This document shows positions 11,886-23,540 of a stretch of DNA of 64,000 nt, in pieces. This stretch comes from Octopus vulgaris (taxonomy: Eukaryota), in the NCBI GenBank assembly GCA_951406725.2, contig OX597816.1, forward strand, positions 60,388,001 through 60,452,000, written 5' to 3'. The position numbers and the translations under genes are program-made. The stretch's first letter is position 1, and every line of letters starts with the position of its first letter. Below the pieces are notes generated by a model that saw nothing but the letters and a program-made list of their open reading frames with translations, searched no databases and was not told where the DNA came from.

Positions 11886-13243
11886 ATCTGTAACCTTTCA
11901 GAATGAATGTTTCTCAGCAGTTGCAGCTGGGTTTTTTTGTTTTTTTTGCAGCTGTTTGGACATTTGTGGGATTAGACTGTACCAGTTGGTTGGCTGGTTG
12001 GTTGGTTTGGGACAAAAGGAAATGAATGAGGGTGGAGAAAGACAGGCAGAAAGAAAGAAGACTAACTGTATTACAATAATATTTGCAACGTTCATCAGAG
12101 AAAATCTGTTCAATCAGTTGGGATGTTCTGAAAATCTCTTTAAGAAAGTAATTTATGAAAATGTTATCAATTCTTAACAGTGGTAATTCTCTTTCTCTCT
12201 TTCTCTTTCTCTCTGAATTGTTTTCCATTTCTCTAATGGTTCTTGATTTTTATGTTTTAAACATTTAAACAACTTATTTTCAACCCAATGGCAATTGAAA
12301 TTCAATTTAAAAGCTATTTATTAACCAGGACATTATTTAAATAGAACAAAACTAGTTCCATTTACTTCCAACTTCTCTTTCCAAAGATCTTGTTTTTACA
12401 ATACCTAAATATCCAGCTCTATGTATAGGAAGATTATCTGCTTCCCCAGCAGTATAAAACCTAAAAAAATACATTAATATTTCAGCCAAATTCTCCACAC
12501 ACATGCACATACTTGCACACAAAAAGACACTAAAATGGGAAACAACACTTCAAATATTTTGCATTATCATGTCTATAAATAGTCATAAAACAGTAGCTTT
12601 ACTGTAAATAATGAGTGAAAAAAAAATAAAACCAGTAGCCAAATACCATCAAATTATATCCAATCAACTCTTAAAAAAATGGATATATTAGCTTATGTAG
12701 TCCAAGTTATAGATAAAGATGTGATAGTCTTGCCTGGAATATATGCCTCTAAAAACATGTCTGGTCAAACAGGACACATATGTGATTAACATTTGTTTTA
12801 AGCATTGAGAAATTAGAAAATTAAACCCAAAATATACTTACACATTTCCCCACTTGTACAGATAAAGCTTCTCATTTAGACAATTGAAACTTATGAGGCA
12901 TCTTCATTTAGTCACCACATAGAATAAGATAGATATATGGTTTGATTCCCAAAGGTGATACTGTCCAAATTTAGCCATCTAATGGGTATTTCTAATCAAT
13001 ATTTTATACGCTATCATTTATAGCTCCTTTTGCAGTTCAGCAGTTTCATAAAGAGACATATTTTCAAATACAACAGTGTTTACAAAAAAGAAAAACAAAT
13101 TTATGAACAATATCTAATCAACAGATACGGCATCAGATTTAAATGGTAGCAAGTGGACAGACCGATGGTGTTGTGTTTTCAATGCTATCTAGTTAATACA
13201 GACATACATTTGTATGCACACACACACACACACAAATATACCA

Positions 13244-13655
13244 TCATTTAACGTCCTCTTTTCCATGCTTGCATGGGTCAGACAGAATTTGCTGAGGCAG
13301 ATTTTCCTGTTGCCAACTCTCACCTGTTTCGAAACAAGGTACTATTTTCCCATAGCTTGACATGTTTTTTTTTTTCATGGAAGACTGGAAACAACCAGCC
13401 TTGGTCATATGACAATGATGTTCATTTACAACCATCATGTAATATCTAGACAAGGGGGCACACACAAATACACACATACATGTACATATATACAACAGGC
13501 TTTTTCCAGTTTCTGTCTACCAAACTAACTCACAAGTCTTTGATCAGACCAAGGCTATACTAGAAGACGCTTGCTCAAGTTGCCATTCATTGGGACTAAA
13601 CTCAAGGCCACATGGTTGGGAAACAATCTTATAAACCACACAGCCACCCCTGTAC
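13244..13655 (-). mobile_element. SINE with a family-A head and a family-B-like tail
   Basis: 13490-13655 matches the family A head. 13244-13300 is the reverse complement of the family B tail (ACCCATGCAAGCATGGAAAAGAGGACGTTAAATGATG). Confidence 0.7.
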
Positions 13656-13704
13656 CTTACATTATATATAAAATTCTCAGTAAGATATTCCCCTCTACTA
13701 ACTT

Positions 13705-14760
13705 TGTTCTCTATAGGGGTGATACCTTGACACTATTGAGAGAGGCAGTCACACACTCAATAGACCCAGGAAGGACCTAACATGCTCTTGCTAGTGGACT
13801 CAAAGTCACAATATAGGCCAACTTCAAAGTGGTTGATTTCTTGGATATAACATTAAACTTAGACACTGATCCCAATAAACCTTCCTGGAAATGAAGTCAG
13901 AATCTCAGATTTATTAATACAGCCTCCTGCTACCCAGCCATAGTTTTCATGAATCTGGCATAGAGGGTTAGCAGAGAATTTGGAACATATCTTTGAATAA
14001 GAAGATCTTCAATGCTGCAACCTGCTATTTGAAATGAAGCCCAGGCCACCAGTGATTACATGAAGATTAGTTATGTGACTGACACTCACCTAACCAAGAG
14101 AATTTGCTATTGTATGGTTATACGGTATACAACCCCATTTTTCCTTAATGTGAAAACCTGTGTAGGTAGGATCTTCCTTAGTTTAGTCGATAAGCATTTC
14201 CCCTAAGTACATAGATACAGAAAAATCTTTAATAACCATATCTCTTTTAGCTGTGTGCCTAACCTAAAAAAATGTTAGTGAGTAAGCACAAACATAGGAG
14301 AGAGTTTGGCTGCTCATGCAGAGGTAATGCCACATACCTACTAAAATGCCAATGGCATACAAAAACCATTGTACATAAGTGAGAGGTGGTGTCGAAAGAT
14401 CTCAGTGAGATGTATGGAAATATGTGGATGCAACAGAAGGTGCTTTCAGAACCAGGTTCAGCAATCACAAGCCCTTGTGTAATATTCAATAAAGGTGTTA
14501 TGTCACAATGCTGGTGAGTCATATGGACGTTGAAGGAAAATAGCGTACTTTATGATAATCAAATGGAGGATACTGGAAAGGTGCAACAGTAGAAGATGCA
14601 GAAGATGTAGAACAGTAGAAGAACAACAGTAGAAGATGCAGACTTTACTTTGCTGTAAAAAGAAACATACTGAAGAGCTCCCTTCATTCACGCAACAACC
14701 CAAACTTTAAAAATGAGATATTTTGCTCTTGTCCACATTCACAAGAGTAGGTATAGCTAA
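13705..14760 (+). mobile_element. Penelope-like retroelement (Naiad-type) remnant: RT C-terminus + GIY-YIG
   Basis: LYRGD, GLKVTI*ANFKVVDFLDITLNL, YNP.FSLNVKTCVGRIFLSLVDKHFP, SCVPN, GCSCRG, FRTRFSNH, HIWTLKE, EIFCSCPH. Many stops and frameshifts. Confidence 0.85.
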
Positions 14761-14855
14761 CTGGTTGGCTACACCATACCAGGTGCATGCAAGAAAGTTT
14801 GAAAGGCAGTTATAACTGTCCTAGATTGTTGTAATTTTAGTTGACGATTACTATA

Positions 14856-15367
14856 CCACAAATCCTCGAGTATAGTCTGCCCTTGAGTATAATATGCAGT
14901 GGATTTTTAGGGGGCTGTACCTCTGAAAAACCTAAACCTTGTGTATAATACGCACCCCTTCACTAACTTGAGTCAAGGAGGTCTCTATAACGTCCTTGGC
15001 TTGTAAAAATGTATACGGTAATGTCCTTTATTATTATTGTATATATGACATAATGTAAACGTGTAGCTTTTTTGTTCCTTTTGTTTGCAGAAAATAAAGA
15101 AATAATAGTAATAACGTTTAATAAATGTTGCTTACTGCAAGTCATGGATGATTCTTTTATGACCTCATTGCTTTCAGGCTTAGCTTAAGATATTTTCGCG
15201 CCCGACATTACAAAATGCATCTGACTAAACATTGCCGGACAGCATATAGAGACTCAGACATTGCTAAGGAAATATTTTTCATTTTTAACCTCGTATATAG
15301 TACGCACTAGAGATTTTGACCTTTAAATTTTTGGGGGAAAATGCAGATTATACACGAGGATTTACGG
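14856..15367. mobile_element. Non-autonomous Tc1/mariner-superfamily (pogo/Tigger-like) MITE
   Basis: TIRs CCACAAATCCTCGAGTATAGTCTGC and GCAGATTATACACGAGGATTTACGG, each flanked by TA. Confidence 0.8.
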
Positions 15368-15489
15368 TACATCTAATAAGCTTACCTACCAACTTTTTAT
15401 TCTAGATTGAAGGAGGCGGTTGTAACAACACTTTGAACACACCTATTAAGCACAGTGTGTCACAACTGACTAGTTTTACAGAATGCAGG

Positions 15490-16030
15490 TAGAACATGAA
15501 GACAATTTGGAAGCTCATTAAGCAATAAATCTTCATGTTAAACTGAGCAAAAACACTACAGAAACTTTATCAAATGCTCCAGACTGCACATGGATTAACT
15601 TGTATGAGCTGAGTACCTGCTTTTCTCTGGCCCAACAGGTTCAAGGATGGTAGAGAAGAGCTGAGAGATGATGCGAGTTTAGGGATGGAGAGGGATGACA
15701 AAACATCAGAGCTGGTTAAGAAAATTCACAATTCTCAGTATGAAGACCGTCGCGTGTCTATAAAGACAAAATGCATAGTTTGGAGTTGCTGTTGGAGCTG
15801 TATACAGAATTACTCATGAAGATCTGAACGTGTGCAGGGTTTGTACAAAGTTTATTCCCAGAGTGCTCAGTGATGAGCACAAGGAAAGACATGCTGGATA
15901 CAGCAGTAAGATGACTGAGCTCATTACTGCCAATCCAAAAGTATTTGAGTCTCTAATGACTTGTAGCGAAAATGGATCTACTGTTTTGATCCAGCTGCCA
16001 AGAAACAGTCCTGATGTAGAACCAGGCAAT
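15490..16030 (+). pseudogene. Mariner transposase N-terminal remnant
   Basis: KLSKNTTET.QMLQTAHG...W..RFKDGREELRDD...EDRRVSI...HEDLNVCRVCTKFIPRVLS (WVP motif equivalent)...LMTCSE (TGDE equivalent). Confidence 0.8.
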
Positions 16031-16049
16031 GGCTCTCATGGCTTCGGAT

Positions 16050-16576
16050 CTTAACTGACTGGAAATGTTATCATGTACATTGTTTTGTCTTGGTATAAAA
16101 GGTGGGCTACAGCAAATATTCTGATCAATACCACAGATTTGCTTGTCAGTTGTTTGACCTTCACCAGTTGACCCTGTCCCTTAGTGGTTGATGATATGTG
16201 CATCTCTGATCATGAGCAGAAGTAGTGGGGGAGCATCACAGTCATGTGTTGAGTAATTATTTGGGGTTTGGATAATTCACCTTTGGAAACATAGGTGTTT
16301 TGTTTAACATTCTTAAACAAGCTTTATTCAGGGACCTTTTGAGCGGGATGGGCTTACTTGACCTGAAGAAAATTCTAACTGGGCCCCACACGCAAGGTCA
16401 TGCGTCATTTATCTTGATATGAGACCACTATGTCGTGCATATATTGTTGTGATGTGTGTGTGTGGTGTACCCTTATCACATGGGTAGTCATGATGGGTAT
16501 ACTGGGCTTTGTATATTTTACCCCAGTATCACTTTGATGGCATGCACTGCTCGCTCACTCAATGATAATAATAATG
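16050..16576. repeat. Dispersed retroposon-like repeat ending in (AAT)n
   Basis: Terminates in CACTCAATGATAATAATAATG. Segment ~16110-16280 recurs at ~51965-52110. Confidence 0.6.
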
Positions 16577-16915
16577 AACCCACCCTCTTATTTAGTATAT
16601 GAATTTTTAAACAGAAATATGTATGTATGTATACATATATATAGATTTGACATATGCATATACATATTATATAATTACATATGCATATGTATACATATAT
16701 TCACACACACACACATACACTACACACTTATATGCATAGATATAAATTATTGGATGACAAAAAACAGTTATGTAATCACTTCCATTAGCTTACAGCTGTT
16801 ACTGCTATAAGAGGTACTGCTCTCAGAGATGAATGCTCGAGCGATATCTTAGCTTCTCCCTGTTCTTTTGTCATTCATCAATTAATATTACTTTCTGTAT
16901 TGACCTGAATTTCAC

Positions 16916-17046
16916 CTCCATCTCCTAGTTCCACTTGATTATCCCATATTAAAGGGACCCTCTATTGTCCTGACATATTTATGTCCTTGCTAATGAGAAC
17001 AATCTCTGATTTCCTCCGGGTAATCAAGTGGAACTAGGAGATGGAG
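16916..17046. repeat. 29-bp inverted repeat with a ~73-nt spacer
   Basis: CTCCATCTCCTAGTTCCACTTGATTATCC / GGGTAATCAAGTGGAACTAGGAGATGGAG, one mismatch. Confidence 0.9.
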
Positions 17047-17255
17047 TGTTACGCCAAAGCTTAGATATACTAATTGGTTATTTATATCACCAATATAGTG
17101 AAATCGTAATATATGTGTGTATGTGTGCATGTGTATATATGTGTGTGTGTGTGTGTATACACAAAAGATCTATCTATTTATCCATCTATACATTATACAC
17201 ACATCACACGCACGTTAATGCATATAGTCATACTGACTATCACTACTAGACAAAA

Positions 17256-17556
17256 TTGTTTGTTTGTTCCTACTCGAGCCATGCGTGGCTAATAAGGGCC
17301 GGTTTCCCGGTTTCCTTGGCGTATAGGTTCCCCACTTGGACGGGACGCCGGTCCGTCGCAGGTGAGCTGAAAGATGCAGGAGGAAAGAGAGAAAGTTGTT
17401 GCGAAAGATCCAGCAGAAGTTCGCCGTCACGTTCTGCCAGAGCCGCATGAATCTTAGGTGTTTCGCTAATAAACATACACATCGCCCGGTCTGAGATTCG
17501 AACCCACGATCCATCGACCGCGAATCCGCTACTCTGACCATTAGGCCATGTGCCTC
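17256..17556 (-). mobile_element. SINE family C (CpG-intact copy)
   Basis: Homologous to 3571-3875. TSD ACTAGACAA(A/T)ATTG (17245-17258 / 17560-17573). Confidence 0.9.
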
Positions 17557-18009
17557 TACACTAGACAATATTGACGACTCTTTAAACATGCTGAACGGAA
17601 GCACATAGCTGTTTTAATGCTGCTGGTACATAGACTTCACTCTGATTCGGTGGTGACATAAGGATGGAAAGAAATTTATTGAAAAAGATTTAACGAGGGA
17701 TTATTCCTTCGTATGTTGTTGTTAGCCATGGGTGAAGACAGTAAGCTGTGGGTAGACCATTCTCTAGTTAAAAAAAAACAACAGGCATAACAACGTCATC
17801 AAAACGAATTTGCGATCAAGAGATGCAGTATCCGAATTTTCGCTTTTCGATTTCCCACTGGATTGTGAAAGTTTTTAGAATAGTTCTCTTCTCTGCCAAG
17901 TAAAATTAGCATCTATTTTCATTAAGATACAGCCTAGATTGTTCCTGTAATTTCCAGTTGGTATCAACCGGCATTGCATCCAATTTTATTCGTCATTTAT
18001 AGCAAAAGT

Positions 18010-18280
18010 TGGTCAGTCAAAAGGGATAATCATCTCTTTGGTAAACATCGCCTGAGGAAATGAATCCATGAGGATCATCTACCCGATGTCCACATTTTAA
18101 TCATCCCAGGAATACAGACTGTGATTTGTGGAAACGCGCATTAAATGTTTATAAAATCCATCCAAGGGTTACTGCCATTATTACTACATTTATCCTAAAA
18201 CTGGTTCACCAGTCAGCATCATTAGACCATGGCCGGCATAACGGAATATGAACTTTATTTGCATATTCAAAATGTTTAAC
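18010..18280. repeat. Dispersed repeat related to the 31650-32195 fold-back element
   Basis: AATGAATCCATGAGGATC...GGAAACGCGC...CTGGTTCACCAGTCAGCATCATTAGAC matches the reverse complement of 31655-32010. Confidence 0.75.
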
Positions 18281-18479
18281 GTAAACAAATATATATACAT
18301 ACATATACAAATGCATATACATACGCATTAATATATTATTCTCTCTGCAAAGCAATACAGTAGCAGCAGTATTGTTTTTTTTTGTTTTTGGTGGGGTTTT
18401 TTGCGGTATGAGCAGTTGCCCCGTCTTGCTGGAACCATGTGAGGTCTACTTTGAATGTCCGGGTGCAAAAAGGTCTCAA

Positions 18480-18800
18480 TCATGGATGCCTGAAAGAGAG
18501 GGTTTACGTCAACAAACCGGAGGCCTTGGTGCAACGGAAGGAAAACGTTAATAGAGGAATCAAATAAGTGGGGTCTGAAACTCTTGAGAGTGTTATGGTG
18601 CAAGTTTTGGAAAGAGCACAGGCGTGCAAAGCTGAAAATGGCTGCCATTTAAGCGATGTCATTTTTCGTAAGTGATGCGGTGGTGTTACAAGCATTGACT
18701 TGTGCATACTAATTTCCATTATGTCCTATACATTGTATCAAAATTTCATGCATTTATTTGTAAAGTTAAGGAAGTAATTAAAAATTGAAATTCATCAGTG
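18480..18800 (+). pseudogene. Tc1/mariner-superfamily transposase C-terminal remnant (rosa/DD41D-like)
   Basis: HGCLKERVYVNKPEAL...KENV...LERAQACKAENGCHLSDVIFRK* resembles WGYLK..VY.NKP...R...C....GGHL.D.IF. Confidence 0.65.
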
Positions 18801-18812
18801 ACTTTTGGGACT

Positions 18813-19198
18813 ATTCTTTTATTGTTTTATTTGTTTCAGTCATGTGACTGCTGCTATGCTGGAGCACCGCCTTTAGTCGAGCAAATCTATCCCAGGACTT
18901 ATTCTTTGTAAGTCTAGTACTTATTCTATCGGTCTCTCTTGCCGAACCGCTAAGTGACGGGGACGTAAACACCGGCATCGGTTGTCAAGCGATGTTGGGG
19001 TGGGGGAACACAGACACACAAGCATATATATATATATACGACGGGCTTTTTTCAGTTTCCGTCTACCAAATCCACTCACAAGGCTTTGGTCGGCTCGAGG
19101 CTATAATAGAAGACACTTGCCCAAGGTGCCACGCAGTGGGACTGAACCTAGAACCATGTGGCTGGTAAGCAAGCTACTTACCTCACGGCTACTCCTGA
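18813..19198 (-). mobile_element. SINE family A
   Basis: Near-consensus match to the other copies. Confidence 0.9.
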
Positions 19199-19289
19199 TA
19201 AACACACACACATACATTTATACATATATATCTATGCGCGTATACATATGTACATGTGTGTGTGTGTGTATAAATATATATATCACCCA

Positions 19290-21157
19290 ATGAGGATAAG
19301 TAAATCACCGAATGAACAATTCAAAAGTGCTTAAGCCTACCCTTACGGAACATGCAATCAGCGAACCTGTAGAGTTTTTTTTTTACCAAGAAAGATATAA
19401 AAAAGGAGGCTGTAACACTTGAGTACGTCGATATGAAAGAAGATGTAATATTGGCTATAGACGAAATAAGCTCGGACTCAATTACTGGCCCTGGTAGTTT
19501 ACTAGCAATCCTTCTAAAATCGTGTGATCGATCCCTAGCAAAATCACTACAGTCACTTTTCTAAAGCTTCTTTTCAAATGGCAAACTTCCAAGCAAGTTG
19601 AAGAAAGGAACAATTTGCCTTAATCATAAAGGACTTAGCAGAGCAGATGCCAAAAACTATATAGTCTTATCTCTTTGACTTCGCATATCACCAAAGTCAT
19701 GGAGAAGATTATGCATGACCTCAGCATAGTAGGAAACCTTGGAGAGTGGCTGCACGACTTTTTAAAAGGAAGAAGTCAGGCTGTGTTGGCCAATGGCGCC
19801 TCCTTCGAGGAAAACCAAATAGTGAGTTGTGTCCCTCGCAGCACTGTCTTGGAGCCACTACTGTTCATAGTGGCCCTCATCCACACACATTCCTCACCAG
19901 CTTTGAAGATGACGCAAAAGTCTCACAATTAATATAAAACCTTGAAGATGTCACACATCTGCAACAGCTGACACTCCGTCGGCTACGACGACAAGTGATC
20001 CAATTGATCCGATCAACAGAGCAGCCTGCTCGTGAAATTAACATACAAGTGTACCATTAACGTAGTTCTGAGGGAGATTCAGCGTGACACAGAATGTAAC
20101 AAGGTTGACCCTTTCAATTACAGGCACTACTCATTTTTGCCAGCTGAGTGAACTAGAGCAACGTGAAATAAAACGTCTAGCTCAATGACCCAACGCACCG
20201 CCAGGAAGCGAACTCACGACCTTACGACAGTGAGCCGGATACCCTAACCACTAAATCACGCGCTTCATGTCTGCAACAAGAGTTAGATGCAATATACAAG
20301 TGGGTTAACGACAATAACATACAGTTCAATGTTGGGTGTTTCTACGCTCTACGCTATAAGCAAAGTTATTCAATGCAGACAAAATACTCGGGACCTGGAG
20401 GGATCGCGGTTCCAGAATCACAATCATTGTGACCAGGGCATTAACATGAGGAGTGATGCAGCCTTCCATGTCCATATTACTAAGCTGGTAATGAAATGCA
20501 GGCGGCTGATCAGAAGGACTCTTAGAACTTTCAGAACAAGAGAGCAAGAAACCATAATTGTTCTCTGAAGGACATTTGTTCAAAGCCGTTCTAACTATTG
20601 CTCCCAACTATGGTCACCACAGCGGAACTCGAAGCAGTCCAACGAAGCTACACGAAGAAGATAACCTCAATGCACCTATCGGTGAAGAGCTAAGATGTTA
20701 AGACTTTACTTCCTGGAACGAAGGCAGGAAAGATAAACTGCAATATACATCCGGAAGATCCTGGAAGGACTAGTCCCAAGTTTTGGCGCTGAAAGTTATA
20801 CAATCGCCAGACCAGGATGCCATTGTCAAAATCCGGGACAAGATGCTGCAACAGCTTGGGATGGATTCAAGGACCTACAGTTCTTCAACATCCTCTCATA
20901 GGAGCTGAGATACCTAGACAGTATAGATGTAGATGCCCACAAAATTAAACTAGATCTCCTACTGTCACGAGTCACAGATGAGCCAACTTCAGAGTAGAAA
21001 GTGGGAATGAGGGCAGCATCATCAAACTCCCTCATTCACCAAATGCCAAACTATTAAAAGAGGATTAATGAAGGTGTGGCAACACCAGTTGGTGGTGCCC
21101 CAACGTGGCCACAGCTCTTGAGTTGAGACTAATAAAGGAGTGATGAGTAAAAGAGTC
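19290..21157 (+). mobile_element. 5'-truncated CR1-like LINE (RT and C-terminus), interrupted by a SINE E
   Basis: TGPGSL..ILLK, KG.SRADAKNY, LTSHITKVMEKI, WLHDFLKGRSQAV, SCVPRSTVLEPLLF, FEDDAK, LQQELDAIYKW, RTFRTRE, NYCSQLWSP, LYFLERRQER. The 3' end resembles the SINE A tail. Confidence 0.9.
19968..20266 (-). mobile_element. SINE family E nested in the LINE
   Basis: TSD TCTGCAACA (19958-19966 / 20270-20278). Removing the insertion restores LINE frame EDVTHLQQELDAIY. Confidence 0.9.
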
Positions 21158-21161
21158 ACAC

Positions 21162-21206
<45 letters not shown>

Positions 21207-21207
<1 letters not shown>

Positions 21208-21409
21208 CCGTAACCCATGCATACCAGCCTCCCATCTCCACGCCACCAGTGTTATCTAAGGGAAAGGCAAAGGACGATACAGCTTGGCATCAATTACTTC
21301 GCAACTCATTTCTAAAACTGAGTGAACTAGAGCAATCTGAAATAAAGTGTCTTGCTCAAGAACACAACAGACAGCCCGATCTGGGATTCGAACTCACTAT
21401 CTTTTGATT

Positions 21410-21410
<1 letters not shown>
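21207..21410 (-). mobile_element. SINE with the shared central domain and a distinct tail (family F)
   Basis: Minus strand: GAGTTCGAATCCC B-box, then GTTCTTGAGCAAGACACTTTATTTC...CTAGTTCACTCAG central domain. Confidence 0.7.
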
Positions 21411-21493
<83 letters not shown>

Positions 21494-21566
21494 TGGATGG
21501 ATGGATGGATGGATAGATAGATAGATAGATAGATAGATATATAGATACACACATACGTACATATAC

Positions 21567-22731
21567 AGGGTGTCACGGGTACTTGAGCACACTAAAGTAT
21601 CAGTATATTTCTCTCTTCTAACGAATTAAAGGCATTTTATGCATCTCGTTTCGGTCCCTTATGTTAGATTAATTGCTAATGCTGGATATGAAAAGCAAAA
21701 CCTGCAGTTATCGTTGTTATATATGCAGAAAACAACAATTTAGAAATTGCCATCTTTCTAAATGCTGGACAATCCTCTGTACACAAAGTTCGGCGGGAAC
21801 TGGAACCCAGCAGCGGGAATGTTTCAAATGTATGAAAAAAAAAGAAAAAGAAAAGCATTCTAAAGATTGACGCCGCAATTCATCGAAGTGGTTGAAAATA
21901 ATATCGATTAAGATCCCGGAAAATCAACGGTGGCCATCGCTGAAAAATGCAATCCGAATTGTGGTGCGAAAGAAGTCTATGTACAGGGATAGGCCATTTC
22001 ATGTCTGCAAAGACACAGTAAAACTGCATTATCCGTGCTGTGTGGTTACTTAACAAGGTTAAAAACTTCCTCGAGCGTGGCACGCTTTGCTATTCTTTGA
22101 TGAAAAAGAAAAACTATGACCACAATCAAAAGTCTAACGGGGGAAATGGCGTATAGTTATGGTGACGCACGCTAAGTTTCTGGCAACTGCCATGGTTTTA
22201 GGCGTGGTAACTAACGAAAGTGATATCGTGGCACTTCACATTTTTCCATGGGCTCTTAGAATTTATACTACTGGAGGTGCTGGGGGCAGTTGTAAAGTTC
22301 TGAGTGGATTGAAATATGCATTAGAAGGCTGTACATGCTTACATAAAATTCAGTACCGTCTCACAAAGGCTGTATAACATTAGAATAAATGTCAGACAAT
22401 CTTTACGATAGTGTAGCACCAAACTTGTGGTCTTGAAATCCACCAGATTGAAATTCTACGTTTAGGGCGTTGTTGAAAGAAAGACTGACCATCATCCCCA
22501 CAATACCACAGCTTCATTGAAGGCTGCCATAATCCAGGTGATATCCGAAATGCATAAAGAACATCTAGTATACCAACGATTCTGGTTGCGCATTGAAGCA
22601 GTTATTAGTCATTGGAGCTGAAGGCGGATTCATAGAACAGGTGCACACATTTTATTAAGACATAGTATTTGTAAGATTAGAGTTGTTTTATTAAATTACG
22701 AAATACGCCCTCGAATACGTCTCGCTCCTAG
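21567..22731 (+). mobile_element. Old degenerate maT-like Tc1/mariner element
   Basis: Starts TA-CAGGGTG. Remnants FFDEK, HAKFLATAMVLGVVTNESD, SLKAAI...RIEAVI...AEGGFIE. The right TIR is poorly conserved. Confidence 0.7.
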
Positions 22732-22926
22732 TACACACGCACGCGCGCACACACACACATACACTCATACAAAGCTACATATGTGTGTGTATAAACACAC
22801 ACATACTACACACCTATATATAAATATTATCGATTGCACATACAGAATATGCGTTTTGTCTACACGCCGAATTTGCTGCGGGATAGCGTCTGGAAAAGGC
22901 TCCCTACATAATGCTAATTATCACGT

Positions 22927-22962
<36 letters not shown>

Positions 22963-22964
22963 AA

Positions 22965-23432
22965 CTGACAATTTAGAAATTCTAGTAGAGTTTATTATAC
23001 TTTTAGGATGATTTGAAAATCTATTCACGGAATTCAAATATTCACTGGGTTTAAGAAAAGAAGTGAATAGATGAGAATTTAACTCCAAGGAGAAATTTTC
23101 CTTCAAGAGGTTGTTTTCAATAGAAGTACTTAGAACGAAGTTACAAAAACATTTCCTTACATTTTTTTTGCTCTTTCAATATTTACTTTATTTGCATTGC
23201 AAATCGAAAATATTGCATCGTCTCTATGTAGACCTCCCAAGCGGAAACATAATAAACTCTATAGTTAAAGGTGTATCAACTAGAATTTCTACATTATCAG
23301 CTAATGAAGAAATTTTTAAGCAACAGGTTACATATTATAATGCAGCGTTAAGTAGAGCTGGTTACAAATATATATATGAGCCGATGATTTAGAAATTCTA
23401 GTAGAAACATTTTCAGATATAGAGTTTATTGT
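22965..23432. mobile_element. Penelope-like (Naiad) RT-thumb fragments in alternating orientation
   Basis: Minus 22965-23200: LFTSFLKP..LNSVNRFSNHPKSII. Plus ~23240-23370: IINSIVKGVSTRISTLSANEEIF...YYNAALSRAGY. Minus again at 23385-23432. Confidence 0.8.
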
Positions 23433-23540
23433 TGTATATATGAATGCATGTATATGCATATGTATATACACATGTATATATATGCATATATATATACACA
23501 TACATACATATATGGACGTCACCAAACAGTAAACAACATG

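Noticed and set aside
17480-17556. tRNA gene candidates at SINE heads
   Set aside because: A and B boxes are present but run into SINE bodies with TSDs; no complete cloverleaf or terminator.
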